Positions 25,957 to 36,108 of a stretch of DNA of 46,289 nt are shown here, in pieces. The translations under genes were made by a program, and so were the position numbers. The DNA lies in the sequence record DRR723986_4045; one strand, given 5' to 3'. The stretch's first letter is position 1. Every line of letters starts with the position of its first letter. The notes beneath the pieces were generated by a model. It was not told the DNA's origin. It saw nothing but the letters and a program-made list of their open reading frames with translations, and ran no database searches.

Positions 25957-28122
25957 TCACTTGACGCCCATTTCTTCGAGTAGGTGTTTGGCATCGTAGG
26001 CGTAACCTGTAACCCAGAGAACGTAGCGAATGTCGACGCCGATCGAGCGACTGTATGATTCATTCCAAGCGAAATCATTGATCGTGGCTTCGAAACAGCG
26101 ATCGAAGTTGACTCCCACCAATTCGCCGCGAGCGTTGAATATCGGGCTTCCAGAGTTACCTCCGGTGGTGTCGGTGTTGTAGAGAATCGCAACTGGGATA
26201 TCACCAATTTCTTTGCTGAAGAATGGTCCGTGATTGCCCTGGTGATATGCTTCGAGAACCTTCCGTGGTGTGTCGAAGGGCGAGGTTCCCGTAGTCTTCT
26301 CAAGAACGCCTTGGAATGTGCTAATCGGTGTCTTGATGATGGCGTCGCCGGGGGAGTAGCGTCGGACGTAGCCGCAGGTGAATCGAAGCGTGGCATTCGC
26401 ATCAGGAACAAACTGCTGCTTCAGGAACTGTTGTTTTACATCAACTAGATCGCCATACAGCTGCCCCAGTCGCCCGTCGCGAGCCTTGCCTTTTTCACGC
26501 AGCCGTGTGTAGGCGGGGTACAACTCTATCGCCAACTTGAGAACCGGATCGTCTGAGCGAGCCAGGTCTTCCGGCGACCGAGTAATCGCCAGATTAAATG
26601 CGTCCGCTTCAACCATCTCGCTGCGTGACAGCAGTTGCTCAGGATTCGTTTCGAGCAGTGAATCAATTCCATCAATTACAGTGTCCGCTTCGACACTCCG
26701 CAGCCGCTGGACGATGCCTTGCAGCAACTCTACGTCAGTTGGGCGATGGTAGTCTCCGATGGACGCAAGCGATCGGGCTATGGATTGTTCGATGTTCTTT
26801 TCGTTGAAGCGACTCTCCCGCTCGACGTTTGGCAACTGGCGTTGGTTGGCGTAGTCGACTGCGAACATGGCCAGCCCCAACGCTTTGCAGGCGGAAAATG
26901 CCTGCTGGAAATAGATCTCAGCCGGTGCTTGCAGCGACATGTCGGCGTACACCGAGTCGATCTCATCGAGGATGCTTCCGTACCGCTGGGCTCTGTCGGG
27001 GTCGCCGTTGATGAAGGAACGAAGCTCTGCCTCCTTGTCTCGTCGGGACTGGGTAATGCCAGCTCGTTTGAGCCCTTGAAGTTGTCCGCGCGAACGTTTC
27101 TCGACGTTTGCAAGCGATCGCATTCGTGATGCGTGCTTGATCTCGACGCTCCGATCATCCAGCCCGGCTTTGGTCATGACGTCGATTTGCCAGTTGTACA
27201 AGTCGACGATCAAGGGCAAGCGAATGTTCTCTTCGTACTCCAGAAATGATGCGGTCTTATGTCGTGCAGTGCGGCCAGGGTAGCCAAGCAAGAACACAGC
27301 ATCACCTTCTTGGACGCCGGCTGCAGACACTTGTACAAAGCGTTTCGGCTTGTAAGGGACGTTGGCTTCATCGTAGGTCGCCGACGATCCGTCGGGGGCG
27401 GTGTAGGCTCGCATGAACGAAAAATCGCCTGTGTGGCGTGGCCACATCCAATTGTCAACTTCGCCACCAAAGTTGCCGACCGACTGCGGAGGTGCGAACA
27501 CGAGCCGAATGTCTTTCAGGTAGGTGTACTGAAAGAGTACGTACGTTTTGCCAGCGAACATCTCCGCGACTTCGGCACGCAATGCCGGGGTTGCCTTTTC
27601 GGCTTCAGCCTCAAGCTCTCGGCAACGAACATCGATTGCCTTTTTCCGTGAAGCGAAGTCCATGCCAGGCTGCACAGAAGCAAGCACTTGCTCGGACACG
27701 TCTCGATAACCCTCGGTGACACGGACCGTGTAATCCGGAGCTGGGATTTCTTCGCCGTTGGTACTGGCATGAAAACCATCACGAAGTAGATCACGCTCGC
27801 TAGTGCTCGCTTTTTGAATCGCACCGTAGGCACAGTGGTGGTTCGTGATGATGAGCCCGGAGTCTGATACAAAAGAACCGGTACAACCATTCACCCTGCA
27901 GACGCCGTCCACCAAACTAATGGCGTCGGGATTGAACAATTGCTCAGCCGAAAGTTCAATGCCTCGAGCGGACAGATCCAATTTGCTCAGGCCGCTCATC
28001 GGATACATGCCTTCCTCGCTCCTCAGCGGACTGAGGGGCCCGAAGGCGAGAACGGACGCGGCGACAATGGAAACGAGAGACGACGTACGAAGCTTGCACG
28101 CCGACAGAGATTCTTGAAACAT
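25957..28122 (-). CDS. S46 family dipeptidyl-peptidase (DPP7/DPP11 type)
   Basis: EEGMY mature N-terminus, GCTGSFVS..GLIITNHHC, NWMWPRHTGDFS, PDANATLR, DTTGGNSGSP, GVNFDR. Signal peptide; ATG 28122 (ORF track 28128). Confidence 0.95.
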   Translation of the reverse strand: MFQESLSACKLRTSSLVSIVAASVLAFGPLSPLRSEEGMYPMSGLSKLDLSARGIELSAEQLFNPDAISLVDGVCRVNGCTGSFVSDSGLIITNHHCAYGAIQKASTSERDLLRDGFHASTNGEEIPAPDYTVRVTEGYRDVSEQVLASVQPGMDFASRKKAIDVRCRELEAEAEKATPALRAEVAEMFAGKTYVLFQYTYLKDIRLVFAPPQSVGNFGGEVDNWMWPRHTGDFSFMRAYTAPDGSSATYDEANVPYKPKRFVQVSAAGVQEGDAVFLLGYPGRTARHKTASFLEYEENIRLPLIVDLYNWQIDVMTKAGLDDRSVEIKHASRMRSLANVEKRSRGQLQGLKRAGITQSRRDKEAELRSFINGDPDRAQRYGSILDEIDSVYADMSLQAPAEIYFQQAFSACKALGLAMFAVDYANQRQLPNVERESRFNEKNIEQSIARSLASIGDYHRPTDVELLQGIVQRLRSVEADTVIDGIDSLLETNPEQLLSRSEMVEADAFNLAITRSPEDLARSDDPVLKLAIELYPAYTRLREKGKARDGRLGQLYGDLVDVKQQFLKQQFVPDANATLRFTCGYVRRYSPGDAIIKTPISTFQGVLEKTTGTSPFDTPRKVLEAYHQGNHGPFFSKEIGDIPVAILYNTDTTGGNSGSPIFNARGELVGVNFDRCFEATINDFAWNESYSRSIGVDIRYVLWVTGYAYDAKHLLEEMGVK

Positions 28123-28389
28123 CAACACAGCCCCAAAACGAATTGATTCCAGCTATGCCGACCACGATATGGCAGGCTGAGCGGATCAACAAGTGGGACG
28201 GTACGAAGGAAGACGTTTCTGCGAGATTGTCCCGTGCCAGCAGGCGAACGGACTCTCAATCGCGCGGCGTCGCCGACCTGCAGATAGACGGCAGGAAGAT
28301 CGCGCCTTGCCGCCGAGCGACCGGGCGCGAGTGGTCTTCTGGATAAAGCTGGCTCTATTGCGAAGAGCAGCGGTTGCAGGACCCGAAGA

Positions 28390-28920
28390 CTAGGCTGCGA
28401 CGCGAATCGATTCGCCAATCCAGGTTGCATCGACGCGTTCGAGCGTACCACCGACTTCTTCGCAAGCCAGAATGATCGACTCGCTGTGAGCAATGCGGTC
28501 CAGCCAAGAACCAACTTCGCCCTCAGTTGGCGCGGCTGGGTTGAGGCCACCGTCGATAATCACCAGATCGCATGCACCAAGCTTGTGAGCCACGCGTTGG
28601 ACGGCACTCGCGGCTGGTCCAGGGATCAGCGAGGCTTTGAAGTTCAGTTGGCCAGCCAACTGATGAGCCTGCTTGAGCGACAGATGGTTCCCTTCGCTGG
28701 CAGCCTCGAATTCATCTGTTCCGATGTAGCGAACTGTTTCGCAAGATTCTGGCAATTGGATAAGCTTTGCGATGCGACGCAATCGTTCGCCGTCTCCGAC
28801 GCCAATTTCCAGGACCGTCGCAAATGGCTGATCGACCAGAGCCTGATGCAATGCCCGCTCATTCGCCGGCTTGCCAAATTTATTCCAGTACAGCTTCTGC
28901 AACCAACCTTGACGGCTCAT
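28390..28920 (-). CDS. Hypothetical protein with class I SAM-dependent methyltransferase-like fold
   Basis: VLEIGVGDG (motif I), YIGTDEFE, DLVIIDGG. ATG 28920. Confidence 0.65.
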   Translation of the reverse strand: MSRQGWLQKLYWNKFGKPANERALHQALVDQPFATVLEIGVGDGERLRRIAKLIQLPESCETVRYIGTDEFEAASEGNHLSLKQAHQLAGQLNFKASLIPGPAASAVQRVAHKLGACDLVIIDGGLNPAAPTEGEVGSWLDRIAHSESIILACEEVGGTLERVDATWIGESIRVAA

Positions 28921-29426
28921 AACCAATGCACCTAGCTATCATTCGCCCTGTTCATCACACAGCCTGTCCAACTCTTTCGAGTGGACCAGCCCTTGATCCG
29001 ATCGGAGTCCATTCCAATGGATCTTACCAGGGCCGTCCTTAGGCTTCGTGGCTTCCCTGCCACCCTAGCCAGTCGAGCTAATGCTGGCGAATCCTTCGCC
29101 AATGAGCATCCTTGCCCACACTGCTCGACTGATGTGCGACGCCGTGACGAGCGTCGCTACCATGACAATCGGCACAACGGTCCAAAAAGTAGAAACCGGA
29201 TTTTCAATTCCCGGAAAGTTTCGCCGGCCGTTGCAAGCCGCATAATCGGACAAGTCAAGGGAGCATCTTGTGCAGTTTGCGGAAGTGCGAGCGCGGGATG
29301 CCCGGCTTTTCTAAGCATGTCTGACCTAGGTTCTAAGTAGACTCCGCTGGCGAAAATGCTCATCCTCCGGATGCAAGCAATGGCCAAACAGGGGTTCTTT
29401 CTGGGTTCCTTCAAAGGCCATGCTTT

Positions 29427-32400
29427 ATGCCGTCGCGTCGGTCATCTAAAAAGACAGTTCAAAGCGGCCCGCTCGCCAATCTGGCTGCCGTTTCGCGTCG
29501 TCACCTGTCCAAGGTGGCCGCTTCTCTGAAGAAACAGGATCGCCGCGCTGACTCCGGCTCGGCCAATAGCCTCACTGAACCTGCAAATCAAAGCCCGTCG
29601 AAAGCTTCCTTGCCAAGTGAATTGGAGCCATTCGAGCGGCGGTTGGTACTCAGCGCTCAGCTTTTGTTCGATGTCCTGGGCGACCAGGCGATCGACATGC
29701 ACGACACGTTGACCGCTCCCGAAAGTGCTGCGCCGACGTCGAGCTGCAGCACTTGGGAAGTCGCCCCCGAAGTTGCTCAGTCGCTTCCGTCTACGCTTGG
29801 CATCAGCGGAGGACTTCAAGACCAAGAGACGTTCCAGCATCTTCGCGAAGCCCACAATGCGACCGGCTGGAACGAAGTGCAAAATGAGTTCGGGTTGACC
29901 GGGCGGGGGCAAACCGTTGCCGTTATCGATAGTGGCATTGCCTGGGATCATGAATCACTCGGCGGCGGATTCGGCTCGGGCTATCGGGTTGTTGGCGGCT
30001 GGGACTTTACCGAAGAGAACGACTCGCAGCCCTACGATGACGGGCCGCTGGGTTTTCACGGGACCCACGTTGCCGGAATCATCGGCAGCGACGACGCAAC
30101 ACATCCAGGCGTTGCACCCGAGGTGGACTTGGTCGCGCTGCGCGTCTTCAATGACAACGGTGGTGGGCAACTGTCATGGGTTGAAGATGCACTGGCCTGG
30201 GTACACGAAAATCAAGATACATTTGAAAACCCAATCACAACGGTCAACCTGTCGTTGGGCACGGATTGGAACTCAGGCGACATTCCGAGCTGGGCCAGCT
30301 TGGAAGACGAATTGGCGGCGTTGGCTGAAGACGGCATCGTCGTAACCGCCTCGGCGGGCAACTCATTCGCAAGCTTCGGTGAACCGGGTTTGAGTTACCC
30401 GGCTGCTAGCCCCAACGTGTTGCCCGTTGCCAGTGTAGACGATGATGGTACCCTGTCCGACTTCAGCCAGCGCCACCAGCGCGCGTTGGCTGCCCCGGGT
30501 GGCAACATATTGAGTACTGTTCCCGATCATGTACTGGGTGCAGATGGCAACGTCGATGACTTTGCAACCGCTAGCGGCACCAGCATGGCAGCCCCTTACG
30601 TGGCTGGGGCGAGCGTTCTGGTACGGCAGGCCATGGAAATGGTCGGGATCAACGACATCACAGTTGACAGCATCGGAGAGCACCTGCGGGCGACGGCGGA
30701 TTCGATCTGGGATTCTGCCACGGGGGCTCATTACGACAGCCTAAATCTACAGGCGGCCATCGATTCGCTTCTGCCTGACGACACAGTCGGTGATACGTTC
30801 GGCTCCGGCTCGGTTCTAACGTCGTTGTCGACTTCACAAGATGGTTGGATCAACTCCCTCGGTGACCAGGACACGTTTACCTTTACTGCAGACGTTTCCG
30901 GAGCACTTGGCATTGCGGCTGACAGCGAATGGCTGGACGGCCTTTCATGGAGCCTGCAAACTTCGTCAGGCAGTGAGATCGCCAACGCCGACTCTGCCGC
31001 AAGCGCGACACTTGTGGCTGGTCAAAGCTACCAAATCCACGTTTCGGCTGATGAATCTATTGGCCCTTACTCCTTGGATCTCAACTTCACTCCTCAATCG
31101 GGTGGAGCTGGAGCTGGAGCAGGCGCAGGCGCAGGAGCTGGAGCTGGAGCTGGAGGTTCTGGCGAGGCCTCGGGCGAACCGCCAGTATCACTGGGCACGG
31201 TCCAGCACGCCGCTTTCCAGCACACCACGGCCGACAACGCTAGCGGCAGCTACAGTTTCGAAGCGGCCCGTGACGGAATCGTAACTGTCGAGTTTACCGG
31301 GGCAGGAGCAGGCGACCTGCTACATGGCTCAAGCGGCACTGGTTCATTCTCCGACGCGACACCTGAGAATGGTGTGCTGCGGGTAGACATTGAAGCTCGT
31401 GCCGGCGAGACGATTCAGTTCGTTGTTCCAAACGCAGTTGATGGTAGCCTTGAGATTGCCAACGTGCTCCAGATCAACGGACAATCAGCCACGGTTGTCG
31501 GCACTCACAGTTCCGATGAATTCGCAGTCGACTTTAGCAGCGGTACAACTCTACAGTTCGGCGGCATCAACTATGACTTTACCGACGGTTCCTTGGCGGC
31601 AGTCGGTGGGGCATCGGTCGACTCGGTGTTCGTTGACGGTCGAGGCGGCAACGATTCCCTTGATATTGTTGGCAGCGCCGCTTCGGACAAGGTCGATCTG
31701 CGACCCGAGTTGACGACTTTGGAAACCCGTGATTTTTCTCTAACATCATACTCCACCGAGCAAGTTAGTTTCGAGGGTGGCGGGGGCCCGGATCGAGTCT
31801 ACCTGTATGACTCAGACACGGACGACACCTTGCGAGCTCGCCCGAGGAACGTGACTCTAGAGGGCGTGGGTTATGGGTTCAGCGTCAATGATGTTGACCG
31901 GATCTTCATGCATGCCACCGGTGCCGGCGAGGATTATGCCTATTTGTATGATTCCGAAGGCGACGACCGATTGAGCATGCGTCCGCAGTTCACTAGCATC
32001 AGCGGCGATGGCTTCTTCAATTTCGTCCGCGGTTTTGAACGCGTCTACGCCTATGCCAACGCTGGCGGAAGTGACGAAGCGATTCTCTACGACTCCGATG
32101 GTGACGATCGCTTCAACACCAGCGGACAATCTGCGTCGATTGTTGGCCCCGGATTCTCAAGTTTTTCACGCTCCTTTGAGTCGGTTCAAGCGGTTGCAAA
32201 TTCTGGCGGCAATGACTCAGCCAGTCTCTACGGCGATGCAAGCGTTCGCTGGCAGCGTGGTGCTGACTTTGTCGAAATGGTCGACGGTGGGCTTTCGCGA
32301 GGTGCGAGAGGCTTCCAAGAGGTCAATACTTTCCAGGCCGGACAGCCACACTCACTGTCCAGCGGTGGAGTATCGTCGCTTTCCGAGTCGCTTCATCCGG

Positions 32401-32789
32401 TAGAGTTCGCGGCTGCATCGGCCAGCTCGGCTCTCGATGTTACTTCGCCAATTGCTGGGGACACTCCTCAGGCTCAAGCAGCTCCGCCAGTCTCTTCACA
32501 ACCCTTTGCACAAAGTGGTGAGCCGTTAGGCGGTGAGCTGACCAGCGGTGCGGTTGACCTGCCTGATTCCCTGGAACCTCAAAGCGATTCTTGGCAGCTT
32601 GGGGCGAGTAACGCCGAAGAGCAACTGCTCCAAGAGGTGCGTGAGATTGAATCTTGGCTTCGCGAGTCGACCGATAGCGTTTCGCGTTGGGAGCAGCGTT
32701 TTGCATTGCCCGAAGAGGCACTTCTTGAGAATCCGTCGCTGCAAGAAGAGCTCCTGGACGAAGTCTTCCGTGCCTTTGAAGAAGACTAG
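29427..32789 (+). CDS. Extracellular S8 (subtilisin-like) serine peptidase with planctomycete extracellular motif and Ca-binding-like repeats
   Basis: Catalytic triad VAVIDSG, HGTHVAGII, SGTSMAAP; oxyanion SAGN; LEPFERRLVLS near the N-terminus; repeated D.(A/V).LYDS.(G/T)DD units. Confidence 0.92.
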   Translation: MPSRRSSKKTVQSGPLANLAAVSRRHLSKVAASLKKQDRRADSGSANSLTEPANQSPSKASLPSELEPFERRLVLSAQLLFDVLGDQAIDMHDTLTAPESAAPTSSCSTWEVAPEVAQSLPSTLGISGGLQDQETFQHLREAHNATGWNEVQNEFGLTGRGQTVAVIDSGIAWDHESLGGGFGSGYRVVGGWDFTEENDSQPYDDGPLGFHGTHVAGIIGSDDATHPGVAPEVDLVALRVFNDNGGGQLSWVEDALAWVHENQDTFENPITTVNLSLGTDWNSGDIPSWASLEDELAALAEDGIVVTASAGNSFASFGEPGLSYPAASPNVLPVASVDDDGTLSDFSQRHQRALAAPGGNILSTVPDHVLGADGNVDDFATASGTSMAAPYVAGASVLVRQAMEMVGINDITVDSIGEHLRATADSIWDSATGAHYDSLNLQAAIDSLLPDDTVGDTFGSGSVLTSLSTSQDGWINSLGDQDTFTFTADVSGALGIAADSEWLDGLSWSLQTSSGSEIANADSAASATLVAGQSYQIHVSADESIGPYSLDLNFTPQSGGAGAGAGAGAGAGAGAGGSGEASGEPPVSLGTVQHAAFQHTTADNASGSYSFEAARDGIVTVEFTGAGAGDLLHGSSGTGSFSDATPENGVLRVDIEARAGETIQFVVPNAVDGSLEIANVLQINGQSATVVGTHSSDEFAVDFSSGTTLQFGGINYDFTDGSLAAVGGASVDSVFVDGRGGNDSLDIVGSAASDKVDLRPELTTLETRDFSLTSYSTEQVSFEGGGGPDRVYLYDSDTDDTLRARPRNVTLEGVGYGFSVNDVDRIFMHATGAGEDYAYLYDSEGDDRLSMRPQFTSISGDGFFNFVRGFERVYAYANAGGSDEAILYDSDGDDRFNTSGQSASIVGPGFSSFSRSFESVQAVANSGGNDSASLYGDASVRWQRGADFVEMVDGGLSRGARGFQEVNTFQAGQPHSLSSGGVSSLSESLHPVEFAAASASSALDVTSPIAGDTPQAQAAPPVSSQPFAQSGEPLGGELTSGAVDLPDSLEPQSDSWQLGASNAEEQLLQEVREIESWLRESTDSVSRWEQRFALPEEALLENPSLQEELLDEVFRAFEED
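31104..31151 (+). repeat. (Gly-Ala)x8 linker, 6-bp period, inside the S8 peptidase
   Basis: GGAGCT/GGAGCA/GGCGCA units x8, in frame. Confidence 0.9.
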
Positions 32790-32961
32790 GCCGGTGTTGC
32801 AACTTCGACCGTTACAACTGCTACAGCTTGCAACGGTTGTATTTCTGGATGGCAAACGCCTGCGCTTATGCGAATGCTAGCAAAAACGGCTGCGCAAGTC
32901 CGGTCATGAATTCCGATCCCGCAAACATGACCTTTCAGACAAGCGTAATGGAGTAGGCAAT

Positions 32962-33777
32962 ATGGCACGGCGCAGTTTCGCAGGCAAACGAATCCTGCTT
33001 ACTGGTGCGAGCAGCGGAATCGGTTGGTACCTGGCATCCTTGCTGGTGCGAGCGGGCGCCTACGTGATCGTTACTGGCCGAAGAGCTGAGCGGCTCGCAC
33101 AGTTGCGTTTGTCGTTTGGCAATCCTGACAAGCGGCTGATTGCTGTGCCGGGAGATATCTCCGATCCGGAGCACCGAGCAAAATTGATTGAGACCGCCCA
33201 AGAAAAACTTGGCGGACTCGACATGTTGATTAACAATGCTGGGATCGGTGCAATTGGCTGTTTTGAAGACGCCACACCGGAGCGGCTGCGACGAATTTTC
33301 GAAGTCGACTTTTTCGCCGCCGCCGAACTCACGCGTCTTGCCCTACCCTTGCTCAAGCAGGGAAGCCAACCAGCGATCGGGATCGTCAGCAGCGTTCTGG
33401 CTCACCGGGGGGTTCCAGGTAAGAGTGAATACTGTGCCGCCAAGTTCGCCATGCGGGGCTGGGCGGAATCGCTCCGCGTTGAACTGAAGTCGAGCGGAAT
33501 CGACGTGATTTCTGTTTCGCCTAGCACCACCGAAAGCGAGTTCTTCGACAATCTGGTGGATACGGGCAAGAGTCAAGTTAGTCCGAGCGTTGGGCAACAA
33601 AGCGCGGAATCCGTTGCGAATCGAGTCTTCTCTGCGCTTAAGAACTCAAAGCGGGAAATGATCCTGTCGGCACCTGGCAAGGCCCTCGTGTGGTTCAGTC
33701 GCCTGGCACCGGCCAGATTGGTCGATCGCGTACTACGAGACTTTGCGATGCCAGCCTCGCTGCGGCACGCACACTGA
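32962..33777 (+). CDS. Short-chain dehydrogenase/reductase (classical SDR)
   Basis: TGASSGIG, GRR, NNAGIG, catalytic Ser, YCAAK. SD-like GGAG upstream. Confidence 0.95.
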   Translation: MARRSFAGKRILLTGASSGIGWYLASLLVRAGAYVIVTGRRAERLAQLRLSFGNPDKRLIAVPGDISDPEHRAKLIETAQEKLGGLDMLINNAGIGAIGCFEDATPERLRRIFEVDFFAAAELTRLALPLLKQGSQPAIGIVSSVLAHRGVPGKSEYCAAKFAMRGWAESLRVELKSSGIDVISVSPSTTESEFFDNLVDTGKSQVSPSVGQQSAESVANRVFSALKNSKREMILSAPGKALVWFSRLAPARLVDRVLRDFAMPASLRHAH

Positions 33778-33792
33778 TGCCTTGCCACTCGG

Positions 33793-36108
33793 CTAGTTGC
33801 CACTTAGCGGATGTACGCGTTCGGCTTGGATGTGGGCAGCTTGCAACTGAGGCAAGTACCCTCGCAGGCCGTTGACTCCCACTGGTTTGTTGACCATCGT
33901 CTCAAACTTCATTCCCGGCAACGGGCTCAAGTACGCAATGATCCGGCCGCTGTTATCGGTTAGTGCATAGGGAGGCTGCGATCGATCATTTCCATGCACC
34001 AGTACCAGCCAGCCTGTCGCATCATAGCGTGATTGCTCTTCAGGGCTAACGTAGCCTGCGGTTGAAACTGCAGTCCCACCTGCCGCTGAGCCGAACGAGT
34101 TGCTTGACGCGTTTATTGATGATGGGATCGACGTTTGGTAGCTGGCCCTCGAGACGCCTCCCCGCGAGGCTACAAGGCCGGGCTGGGATAGTCGCTGAAA
34201 TTCTTCGATACGTTCAAGCAACAGACGTGCTTGCCCGCGCTGCATCACATTGGCACCTCGTTCGATCAGCCGCTGGGCCTCACTGGCAAGCGGACCGAGA
34301 TTCCAAGTGCCCTCGGGCCTAGCAACCATCTCGCTCAGACGCATTGTCAAGTTGTCCAGTGCGGAAGAACCACCTTGCCCCGAATAAGAGCGATCGGAGA
34401 AGGAATTACCGCCATAGGGACTTGAGCCGCGTCGACCTTGGGCATAGCCGGATGGAGTTGCAGCAACCCGCCCCGATGCGGCGGCAGAATCGTCAGGCAC
34501 GCCGTACCACTGAATGTCTGAGTTGCCTCCAGAAGCATCTCCGCCAGTTCCACCGCTTCCACCACCAACGGCCTCTGCACCACGTCGCAACGTTTCGCTG
34601 GCACGGCTACCAATGCGGTCGACCGTGTCGCGCAGTGCAGCCCGCAGTTCTTGAACTCTGCTGCTTGCACTGCCTCCTCGGTTGGAACTACTTCCACGAG
34701 AGAGCATGTCAAATTCAATGTCGCGATTGTAAAACGCGTCGTCGCTACCTTCACCGTCTATGGCCGGAGCGCCAACCGGCTCTGGCCCACTTCGCGGCTG
34801 CAGGGGCGGTTCGAATGTTCGTTGCTGCGGAGCGTGTGGGCCGGATCGAAGCGTCCGCGGATCGCGCCATGCCCTTGGGCGACGGATTACTTGCGGATAG
34901 GGACCTTCGGCAAGTCCTCCGGGGACCGCGAACTCATCGTGCTCTTGCTCGATGATCACGCGTGGTGGTGCGACGACACCACCGCGTCGTTGCGGCATTG
35001 GTTCAAGGCTGAACGGATCATGGGCCAACGGATCGTACCGCGGGGGTTCGTGTGCACCGAATAGTTTTGCTAGCCAAGGTAGTCGCAAGCCGTCATTGCT
35101 GAAGTGCATTGCGTGCCAACCGGCGAAGTGGCCAGAATCGAAGTCTTCGTGTACGGGAAATGGTGTGCTGGGAGTTGGCTGACCAGCGAAGCCATCTTCG
35201 TAGAAGACATCCCCTTCAACCATACCGCCTTCTATGACACCGCCGTCAACTATTTGGCCGTCGATGATTTCACCGTCGACGACCATTCCATCGTAGTACT
35301 CGCCGTCGTAAATTACTTCACCTGGGCCGACGACCGTGCTGCTGGTTCCCATGGGGCCTGGCAGTGTCTCTTCACTTCCGCCGAAAACTTCATCTTCGAC
35401 AACACTCTTTGGCTGCACCGACTCAGTTGCTTGTGCAGTCGCAACGGCCGATTGACGGCCAGTCGCCGCGGCAGTTCGAACAGGAAGGTTGCGCATTGCA
35501 GGATCATACTCAATAACGACTTGGTCGCGTTGGATCCAACGAAACTCGCCACTGGGCGGTGATACTTTGTACCAAAGTACGTCCTCGCCTCGCGAGTTCT
35601 GCACGACTTGCTCCCCCAAGACTTTCAGCTTCTCGCCCTGCTCAAGCTTCACTTGCCAGCGAAATTGCTTTGCCTTGCCAAGTGCGGTGCCTATCCAGCA
35701 AACGGTTTCATTTTCGGTGATTTCGATTGTTTTCCCGCCGGGCAACAAGTAACAATCCTTGGCCGGGACCCAACTAAATGCGATCGATGTTGGCTTAACG
35801 CCTAGCCAGCCGTCCTTGGTTTGATGAAAGACTTGCAGACGCGTGCCGGAAGCCAGACGGTTGGTTGGATAGAAGTCCTTGCTCGGTCCGCTGTAAACAA
35901 GTGTACCTTCGCGAGCCACGTAGACCTCTTCAGCGGCAAGCTCTGCTGCGTGAATCGTTGCGCCGAAGGTATTGGTCATCGCTACCACGGCTGCCATTGC
36001 CGCGACGATGTTGTTTAGCAAACCACGCCCTTTGCAAAGGGTGGCACCGACGGAGGCATTGTGAGAGCAGGGCTTCGAGCCAAGAACACTTGTTTTTCGG
36101 GACCGCAT
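33793..36108 (-). CDS. Secreted planctomycete-type protein with N-terminal SH3-like domains and long low-complexity linker; start uncertain
   Basis: VYSGPS..FYPT.RL..G..L.V.....GWLGV.P....FSWV and WYKVSPPSGEFRWI (SH3b-like); conserved-looking C-terminal beta domain (PPYALTD..GRI..Y..P.PG). Confidence 0.7.
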   Translation of the reverse strand: MRSRKTSVLGSKPCSHNASVGATLCKGRGLLNNIVAAMAAVVAMTNTFGATIHAAELAAEEVYVAREGTLVYSGPSKDFYPTNRLASGTRLQVFHQTKDGWLGVKPTSIAFSWVPAKDCYLLPGGKTIEITENETVCWIGTALGKAKQFRWQVKLEQGEKLKVLGEQVVQNSRGEDVLWYKVSPPSGEFRWIQRDQVVIEYDPAMRNLPVRTAAATGRQSAVATAQATESVQPKSVVEDEVFGGSEETLPGPMGTSSTVVGPGEVIYDGEYYDGMVVDGEIIDGQIVDGGVIEGGMVEGDVFYEDGFAGQPTPSTPFPVHEDFDSGHFAGWHAMHFSNDGLRLPWLAKLFGAHEPPRYDPLAHDPFSLEPMPQRRGGVVAPPRVIIEQEHDEFAVPGGLAEGPYPQVIRRPRAWRDPRTLRSGPHAPQQRTFEPPLQPRSGPEPVGAPAIDGEGSDDAFYNRDIEFDMLSRGSSSNRGGSASSRVQELRAALRDTVDRIGSRASETLRRGAEAVGGGSGGTGGDASGGNSDIQWYGVPDDSAAASGRVAATPSGYAQGRRGSSPYGGNSFSDRSYSGQGGSSALDNLTMRLSEMVARPEGTWNLGPLASEAQRLIERGANVMQRGQARLLLERIEEFQRLSQPGLVASRGGVSRASYQTSIPSSINASSNSFGSAAGGTAVSTAGYVSPEEQSRYDATGWLVLVHGNDRSQPPYALTDNSGRIIAYLSPLPGMKFETMVNKPVGVNGLRGYLPQLQAAHIQAERVHPLSGN

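Noticed and set aside
32808-32837. Hairpin after the S8 peptidase stop as a terminator
   Set aside because: The stem is interrupted, pairs better on the opposite strand and has no proper U-tract.
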